Assembly (NCBI GenBank): GCA_026991225.1
Contig: JALXCB010000080.1
Span: 1-62,922 of the forward strand
Length of the DNA: 62,922 bases
From: Anaerolineae bacterium
Lineage (GTDB): Bacteria > Chloroflexota > Anaerolineae > J102
Direction: 5' to 3'
A model generated the notes under the pieces. That model searched no databases. It saw only the letters and a list, made by a program, of their open reading frames with translations, and was not told the DNA's origin. The translations under genes were made by a program, and so were the position numbers. Shown here piece by piece: positions 56,512 to 62,922 of this stretch (positions within the stretch are counted from its first letter, which is position 1; every line of letters starts with the position of its first letter).

Positions 56512-57996
56512 ATGCGCGTTATCCTCGCAAGTCCCGAATCCAAAGTCTGGTCCTCTCGCAAGCACATTCCTCTCGGCCTGGGATATCTGGCCGCGGTGCT
56601 GCGCGAGGCGGGCCACGACGTCATGATATACGACGCTTCCATCGAAGATTACCCCATCGAAACCTACCTCGACCAGGCGGAAGCGGAAGGCAAACCGTAC
56701 AAAGTCCTGGGCATCACCGCGGCCACGCCTCTCATCGAGGACGCGTGGGACATGGCCAAGATCGGCAAGAAGTACGGTATGACCACGATTTTGGGCGGGC
56801 CGCATCTCACCATCATGCCCGCGGAAAGCCTGGGGCCCGACCATCCCGAGGTGGATTACACCTTCAAGGGCGAGGCCGAAGAGGGCATCGTCGCCTTCGT
56901 CGATGCTCTGGAGCAGGGCAAACGCCCGGAGGATTTGGGCATTCCGGGCCTGAACTTCCGCGTGGGGGACGACATCTACGTCTCGCCCGAATCCCCCATG
57001 ATCCAGGACCTGGACGCGCTGCCCTTCCCCGCCCACGACCTGTTCAAAATCGACAAATACACCAACCTCCAGCCCCTGACCGACGGCCTCGACCCCCACG
57101 CCCGCTCCTTCACCATCCTCACCAGCCGGGGCTGCCCCTACCAATGCACCTTCTGCTCCAAGCCCGTCACCGGCAACACCTGGCGCGGGCGCAGCGTGGA
57201 AAACGTCATCGCGGAGTGGCGCTGGCTGGTGAAAGACCTGCACGCCACCGAAATCGGCGTCACCGACGATATCTGGAATCTGAAGCTGCCTCGGGCCAAG
57301 AACCTGTGCCGGGAACTGGTGCGCGAGGGGCTGAACACCGTGCCCTGGGTCACCGTCCACGGCATGAAGGTGAACCACACCGACCCTGAGCTCTTCCACC
57401 TGATGAAGGCCGCGGGCGCGAAGCGCGTGGGCTTTGGCGTGGAAAATGGCGATCCCTGGATGCTGAAAAACGTCATCCGCAAGGGCCAGACCATCGACCA
57501 GGTGCGCAACGCCTTCAAATGGGCCAAGGCCGCGGGCCTGCAAACCATGGGCTTCTTCATCTTCGGCATGCCCCGGGAGACCGAGGAAAGCATGGAGAAG
57601 ACCATCCAACTGGCCCTGGAGCTGGACCCCGACCTGGCCAACTTCATGCTGGCCGCGCCCTTCCCCGGCACAGCCATGTGGGATTTGATTCAGTCGGAGG
57701 GGCATGTGTTCGCCTCCACCTGGCGCGACCTGGCCATTCACGATGAAAAACCGCGCTTTACCATCTACGATGGCGACTACGACCCCGACCTGGTCATCCG
57801 CAAATGGCGGGAAGCCTATCGCCGCTTCTACCTCTATCGCCCCAAGCGGGTGTGGGAGAAGGTCTCCAACAAGCGGTTCTGGCTGGAGCTGCCCACGACC
57901 CTGGCCACGGCCAAGCGTTTCTTCATCGGCGATAAGGTGCAGACGCCGCCCGCGACCGCGCCCGACGCATCCCACTCGCCCCAACCCGCCTCGTAG
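56512..57996 (+). CDS. Cobalamin-binding radical SAM protein 5 (close paralog of protein 1)
   Basis: PLGLGYL, GGPH, YTNLQP.TD...[16 protein letters not shown] shared with the 48172 ORF. Confidence 0.93.
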   Translation: MRVILASPESKVWSSRKHIPLGLGYLAAVLREAGHDVMIYDASIEDYPIETYLDQAEAEGKPYKVLGITAATPLIEDAWDMAKIGKKYGMTTILGGPHLTIMPAESLGPDHPEVDYTFKGEAEEGIVAFVDALEQGKRPEDLGIPGLNFRVGDDIYVSPESPMIQDLDALPFPAHDLFKIDKYTNLQPLTDGLDPHARSFTILTSRGCPYQCTFCSKPVTGNTWRGRSVENVIAEWRWLVKDLHATEIGVTDDIWNLKLPRAKNLCRELVREGLNTVPWVTVHGMKVNHTDPELFHLMKAAGAKRVGFGVENGDPWMLKNVIRKGQTIDQVRNAFKWAKAAGLQTMGFFIFGMPRETEESMEKTIQLALELDPDLANFMLAAPFPGTAMWDLIQSEGHVFASTWRDLAIHDEKPRFTIYDGDYDPDLVIRKWREAYRRFYLYRPKRVWEKVSNKRFWLELPTTLATAKRFFIGDKVQTPPATAPDASHSPQPAS

Positions 57997-58075
57997 TGAA
58001 GTGTTCAGTATTCAGTGTTCAGTGTTCAGTTAGCCTGCACGCTACCCTTACTGAACACTGAAAACTGAAAACTTA

Positions 58076-59173
58076 TTGACTCAAACTGTGTCACTCCTCA
58101 CCCTCGCCCCCAAACTGCCCCTCTACTGGGCCTTTCGACGCTTTGGCTGGCCGCCCATTCACCCCTTTTCGGTGGTGGTGTCGGTCAGTTATCGTTGCAA
58201 CAGCAAATGTCGCACCTGCGACGTGTGGCGCAAGCCCAACGACGATATGACGGTGGAGGAGTGGGATAAGGTCTTCGCCAGCATCGGCAAGTCGGTGGAA
58301 TACCTCACCTTCACCGGCGGCGAGCCCTTCCTGCGCAAGGACCTGGACGAGCTGGTCATCCGCGGGTGGCGGCGCACCCGGCCCACCTATATCACCATCC
58401 CCACCAACGGCCTCCTGACCAAACGCATCCTGGAGGCGACCGACCACATGTGCACCGAATGCAAGGGGGCGGATATCGGCATCAACCTCTCGCTGGATGG
58501 CGTGGGCGCGGAGCATGATGACATTCGGGGCGTGCCCGGCAATTGGGAGCGGGCCATGGCCACCTGGCAGGGGCTGAAAGCGCTGCAAGAGAAGCATCCC
58601 AACCTGGTGCTCACCGTGCACACGGTCATCAGCCGCTTCAATATCCACCGCTTTCGGGAGATCTACGAGGGGTTGCAGTTTCTGGACCCGGACAGCTACA
58701 TCACCGAGGTGGCGGAGGAGCGGGTGGAGCTGGACACGGTGGGGTGGGGCATTACGCCCCTGCCCGAGGATTACGCACCCGTGGCCGATTTCCTTTCCGA
58801 GCAGGCCCGCCAGCGCCCGGCCCGGGGCTTCGCCCGCATCACGCAGAGCTTTCGGGCGCAGTACTACCAGATCGCCAAGCGCACCCTGTTCGAGCGGCGG
58901 CAGGTCATCGACTGCTACGCCAGCTGGGCCAGCGTCCACATCGCGCCCAACGGCGACATCTGGAGCTGCTGCATCCGGGCGGAGCCAGTGGGGAATCTGC
59001 GGGAGGTGGGGTATGATTTCGACGTCATCTGGCGCAGCCCGGCCATGCAAGCCATGCGAGAGAGCATCTACAACAAAGAATGCGCCTGCCCCATGGCCAA
59101 CGCCACCTACGCCAACATGCTCTTTCATCCGCCCACCCTGGCCCGGGCGACGAAGGACTTGATTCGGCGATAG
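58076..59173 (+). CDS. Radical SAM protein with SPASM/twitch domain
   Basis: [25 protein letters not shown]; C-terminal CYA..WSCC..CACP. Confidence 0.92.
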   Translation: MTQTVSLLTLAPKLPLYWAFRRFGWPPIHPFSVVVSVSYRCNSKCRTCDVWRKPNDDMTVEEWDKVFASIGKSVEYLTFTGGEPFLRKDLDELVIRGWRRTRPTYITIPTNGLLTKRILEATDHMCTECKGADIGINLSLDGVGAEHDDIRGVPGNWERAMATWQGLKALQEKHPNLVLTVHTVISRFNIHRFREIYEGLQFLDPDSYITEVAEERVELDTVGWGITPLPEDYAPVADFLSEQARQRPARGFARITQSFRAQYYQIAKRTLFERRQVIDCYASWASVHIAPNGDIWSCCIRAEPVGNLREVGYDFDVIWRSPAMQAMRESIYNKECACPMANATYANMLFHPPTLARATKDLIRR

Positions 59174-59302
59174 TGAGACCGTCGCGGTTGATTTGTTGGG
59201 GATGAAAATTTGGTGTTCGGGGATGGCGTCGCTACAATTGGAAGACATCATCCTTCCATTGTCGCATTCCCCCACTTTTCCATTACGCAGGCTGGAGACA
59301 TC

Positions 59303-59611
59303 ATGGCGGACATCCACTTCATCGGCCCATTGGTGCGCAGGGGCAACTACTATTGCGTCGAATTCCCCCGGTTCATCAGCGCTGAACTCAACAGCCGGTC
59401 CCGCATCAAAGTCAAAGGTACCATCAACGGCGGCGATTATGACGGCTCCGCATTTCCCACAGGCGATGGCCGCCATTTCATCATGATCAACGCCCGGCTG
59501 CGCCAGAAGCTGGGCATCGAGGTGGGCGAGGAGGTCGTCGTCATTCTCGACGCCATCGATGACAAGGCGGAATCGGAAATCCGGGCGGGAACAGAAACGA
59601 CGGCGGGATAA
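59303..59611 (+). CDS. DUF1905-like small protein
   Basis: RIKVKGTING...FPTGDGRHF..IN..LR.KLG..VG; RBS GGAG. Confidence 0.7.
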   Translation: MADIHFIGPLVRRGNYYCVEFPRFISAELNSRSRIKVKGTINGGDYDGSAFPTGDGRHFIMINARLRQKLGIEVGEEVVVILDAIDDKAESEIRAGTETTAG

Positions 59612-59650
59612 ACGCGCTGTCCGGGGGCGCCGCGGCTTCTCTCCGCGGCG

Positions 59651-60010
59651 GTAACTACTAGAGGCTGTTATGCACTTTCCCGCCCTCAAAGGTCAGGATC
59701 GCCGCATCGGAGGTTGAAATTCGCCGCAGATAACGCGGATAAAGCAGATTTCCGCGGATTTTTTCAAAAGGATGCCATCTTTTTTCCGTAACAATCCGTG
59801 TTGATCCGTCGCATCAGCCTCATCCGTGGCGAATTGAAACGCACGTCACCCACAAAATCACGCCAAATTGGCGATAAGTTCATAACAGGCTCTAAGGTAT
59901 CGCCGCCACTTTTTGCCACGAAGACACGAAGAAAAAATGTATAAATTCCCCTTTGTGCCTTTGTGTCTTCGTGTTCTTAGTGGTTTTCGGGTGACGACCT
60001 TAGTAGTTGC
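59651..60010. mobile_element. Chimeric GTAACT MITE with a nested element at 59661..59892
   Basis: Inner TIR GAGGCTGTTATG / CATAACAGGCTC with TA duplicated; the outer ends lack a matching TSD. Confidence 0.8.
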
Positions 60011-60028
60011 GAAAAAACTGATGACTGG

Positions 60029-60796
60029 TTATCTTGGTCCCATGCGCAATGCGCCATCCAGACGGATGACTTCGCCGTTGAGCAGGACGTTTTCGATGAT
60101 GTGTTGGACCAGGAACGCGTATTCAGGGGGCTGGCCCAGACGGGAGGGGAAGGGAATCTGCCTGCCCAGCTCGTTGCGCACCTGATCGGGCAGGCCCGCC
60201 AGCAAGGGCGTGTCGAACAGGCCCGGGGCAATGGTGACCACGCGGATGCCCCATTTGGCCAGATCCCGGGCCGCGGGCAGCGTGAGCCCCACCACGCCGC
60301 CCTTGGACGCGGCATAGGCGGCCTGGCCGATCTGCCCCTCGTAGGCGGCGATGGATGCGGTGTTGATGATGACGCCCCGCTCGCCGTCGGCCATCGGTGC
60401 GTTCCCCTGCATCGCGGCCGCGGCCAGACGCATGACATTGAAGGTGCCGATGAGATTAACCGCGATGACCTGGGAGAACGTCGCCAGGGAAAGCGGGCCG
60501 CTTCGGCCCAGGATGCGTCCGGGCGTGGCGATGCCCGCCGTGTTCACCGCGATGTGCAGCCCGCCGAAGCGCGTCAACGCCTCATCCACGGCCCGCTGCG
60601 CGTCCGCCTCCTCGGTGACGCTGCCGGGAATGAACGCGAAGCCTTCGCCCAACTCCCCGGCCAACGCCTCACCCCGCTCGGCGTTCAGATCGAATACGAC
60701 GACGTTCGCTCCCAACTGATGCAATCGCCGGGCCGTGGCCTCGCCCAAACCGGACGCGCCTCCGGCGATGAGCGCTGTTTTGCCTTGAATGTCCAT
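60029..60796 (-). CDS. SDR, 3-hydroxyacyl-CoA dehydrogenase type II (HSD10-like)
   Basis: [49 protein letters not shown]. Confidence 0.93.
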   Translation of the reverse strand: MDIQGKTALIAGGASGLGEATARRLHQLGANVVVFDLNAERGEALAGELGEGFAFIPGSVTEEADAQRAVDEALTRFGGLHIAVNTAGIATPGRILGRSGPLSLATFSQVIAVNLIGTFNVMRLAAAAMQGNAPMADGERGVIINTASIAAYEGQIGQAAYAASKGGVVGLTLPAARDLAKWGIRVVTIAPGLFDTPLLAGLPDQVRNELGRQIPFPSRLGQPPEYAFLVQHIIENVLLNGEVIRLDGALRMGPR

Positions 60797-60998
60797 GAAA
60801 TCCTCCTTGCCTGTAAATAGGATTCGGACCAGGATTAGGATTGAGATCGCCAGGCCGACGCTGGGCGAGGCGGCAACGGGCGTGATGCGTGAAAACGTGA
60901 AACGTGAGAGCGTTACGCATCACGCATGACGCATTACGTGCTTGGCTTCCCGCGCCAACGTGGCTGTCGAGCTTGCCAGGGTGCGAGCGCGTTCTCGC

Positions 60999-62252
60999 TC
61001 AAGCCTCCTGAATGATGCGCTTCGCATCTTGAAGCAGGGCTTTTTTATCTTCTTCGGGCGTTTGTAAATTATCGAAATACCGTTCGAGCAGCTCCAGCGG
61101 CGTCGCCTTCTCGAAATCCACTGCGCCCAGACGGCTGCGCACATGCCAATCGATCTGGCGGATGATCCCGGCCACCGAGAACGCTTCCGCCAGCGCCGCC
61201 CGAATCTGCCGGTCGCTGATATGTCGATCCTGATCCTCGCGTAGCTTCAGGCGCACCCGCACGATGGCGTCCCGGACGCCTCCCTCTTCCTGACGGCGGC
61301 GGATGCGCTCGAGGATGGTCTCCATGGGGTCATCCTCTTTGCGGCAGTCGCAATCGATGGTGGTGAAGCGGCGGGCTTCGCGGCGGTAATGGGGGATGAA
61401 TTCATAGCTGGCGTGGCCGGGGCTCACTTCGACCAACACCCAGCCCTTGGGCTCCTTCTCCTCGCCGAAATCGATGCGCTCGATGCTGCCGCTATACACC
61501 ACCGGCGGCTGCGCGCCCGCGTTCAAATCCTGATGCTTGTGAATATGCCCCAGCGCCACATAATCCCAGGCGTCATCCACCAGCACCGACCGGGGGACCA
61601 GAATATCTCGCCCCACCATGACGCTGCGCTCCGAGCTGAACATGGCCCCATCCACCGAGAAATGCCCCACCAGCACGGCGGGAATCTCGGGCCGGGAGCG
61701 CACCTCCTCGGCCATGGCCCGGATGATATCGCTCATGAACTCGGTGTAGCGCCGGTCCAGGTCCTCCAGGCTGGCGGCCCGGAACGCCTCGCGGCTGGCC
61801 AGTTCCGACGTGTAGGGGTAGGGCGCAGGCGCGATCTGCACCGGGCCGTGACGGGTCTCGATGATGGTGACGCCGCTGTCCTGGTCCAACACATGGATGT
61901 TGGGCACGCGCAGGGTGTCGAAAATCTCGATGGTCGAGGCCCGCTGGCTCACAGGCGGCAGATCATGATTGCCCGCCACCATGACCACGGGGATGCCCTG
62001 ATCGGCGATGGCCTTGATGCGCCAGGAAAACTCGCGACGGTAGGTGGAGTTGGGATTGCGGGTTTTGTAGGCGTCCCCGGCGAAGATGACCAGGTCCACC
62101 CGCTTTTCGACGGCGAAGTCCGCCAGATCGGAAAGCCGCCGCAGATAATCCATGACGCGGCCGTTGATGCCGGTGGCGGGATCGACCCGGCCATAACGCT
62201 CCATGCCGATGTGAACGTCGGCGAAATGCAGAATGCGGATGGGCTCAGCCAT
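60999..62252 (-). CDS. sbcD: Nuclease SbcCD subunit D (Mre11 family)
   Basis: HFADVHIG, FAGD, GNHD, YVALGHIH, YSGS; start MAEPIR at 62252. Confidence 0.93.
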   Translation of the reverse strand: MAEPIRILHFADVHIGMERYGRVDPATGINGRVMDYLRRLSDLADFAVEKRVDLVIFAGDAYKTRNPNSTYRREFSWRIKAIADQGIPVVMVAGNHDLPPVSQRASTIEIFDTLRVPNIHVLDQDSGVTIIETRHGPVQIAPAPYPYTSELASREAFRAASLEDLDRRYTEFMSDIIRAMAEEVRSRPEIPAVLVGHFSVDGAMFSSERSVMVGRDILVPRSVLVDDAWDYVALGHIHKHQDLNAGAQPPVVYSGSIERIDFGEEKEPKGWVLVEVSPGHASYEFIPHYRREARRFTTIDCDCRKEDDPMETILERIRRRQEEGGVRDAIVRVRLKLREDQDRHISDRQIRAALAEAFSVAGIIRQIDWHVRSRLGAVDFEKATPLELLERYFDNLQTPEEDKKALLQDAKRIIQEA

Positions 62253-62312
62253 AGCTCCCATTATACTGAAGGGGATGGGGCGTGGCAATGACGCCGAGGG
62301 CGCAAATGGAAG

Positions 62313-62633
62313 GGGTGTGTCCTTTTTCGGTTGAGGAGTCTCACCGCAGTACTCGCCGACTGAAGTCGGACTCTTCTGGCCTACGGCCATCCCCCTCTTC
62401 ATCTCCCCCGCAAGCGGGGGAGAATAGCGGAAGGGAATAAGATGACGGCCTCCGCCGTCCAGTTTTCCGGTCGACGAAGGTCGACCATCGGCGCCATCGA
62501 ATCCTCCTTCCTTATTTCCTCCCCCGCCCGTCTCGAAGCGGGGGAGGAAGCAAAGGAGGGGACTTGCGCCTAAACAGCCCGAGTTCACTCGGCCAGTGCG
62601 TCCGGCTAACGCCAACTCATTTAGGACGCACCC
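62313..62633. mobile_element. 321-bp GGGTGYGT-TIR MITE with 9-bp TSD
   Basis: GGGTGTGTCCT / AGGACGCACCC; TSD AAATGGAAG at 62304-62312 and 62634-62642; cargo shared (inverted) with 10735-10850. Confidence 0.88.
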
Positions 62634-62750
62634 AAATGGAAGTGTATGAGTGACTATACAGGTATCCAGCAAAACGATCTGCCACGAAGGATCGAAGGGA
62701 CGAAGACAACGCAGGTTTGCAGGTTTGCAAGTCGCAAGTGGCAAGTTCTT

Positions 62751-62922
62751 CTAAACTAAACGCATTTTGAAATCAGGTGTTTTTGGCCTCGGCCACTGAA
62801 GCTCCGGGCTACGAAACGACGCCGGGTGAACCCGGCTTCCTGCGGCGCGCGACATGCACCGTAGCCCCATTCATGGGGCGTCGTTTTTAGCCCGCAGGTT
62901 CACCTGCGGGCGGCAGCGCGGC
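62751..62922. mobile_element. 249-bp REP-rich element (copy 3, truncated by the window end), inserted in a 62650-type MITE
   Basis: Starts CTAAACTAAACGCATTTTGAAATCAGG like the other copies; small internal deletion. Confidence 0.88.

Noticed and set aside
60999-62252. sbcD without adjacent sbcC as a novel defence nuclease
   Set aside because: The sequence looks like ordinary SbcD; sbcC may simply be elsewhere in the genome

Overview
A 62.9-kb, GC-rich chromosomal window. Gene content and repeat style suggest Chloroflexota (Anaerolineae/Caldilineae-like); this is an inference. Housekeeping genes: ftsH, thrS (its T-box leader is displaced by 1.4 kb), tRNA-Val(GAC), mtnA, murE, a complete F1Fo atp operon, mreB, metG and sbcD. 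Accessory blocks: (i) a Phd/VapC toxin-antitoxin pair; (ii) a microaerobic/sulfur respiratory island with sulfide:quinone oxidoreductase plus a 41-aa ORF, a ba3-type (B-family) oxidase cbaDBA, an unusual cytochrome b-2x[4Fe-4S]-MvhD/FlpD-cytochrome c fusion, a cytochrome c lipoprotein, and a Cys-rich GAF histidine kinase with a NarL-type regulator; (iii) a TRAP transporter and TerC; (iv) a ~16.5-kb envelope-modification cluster with seven radical-SAM genes in a row (five cobalamin-binding, two SPASM/twitch). The cluster also has a methyltransferase, a split Alg13/Alg14 glycosyltransferase, WbpB/WbpD-like sugar enzymes and a GT-C (ArnT-like) transferase, and the radical-SAM genes sit behind a perfect sigma70 promoter with a 28-bp palindromic operator. 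This cluster is the best candidate for an undescribed pathway. Most intergenic spaces hold non-autonomous mobile elements: MITEs with GTAACT ends and 8-bp TSDs, MITEs with GGGTGCGT ends and 9-bp TSDs, a 249-bp REP-rich element and a ~150-bp heptamer-rich repeat. These are nested in each other and share cargo modules. No transposase or CRISPR array is present. All assignments come from visual motif recognition; no database searches were run.
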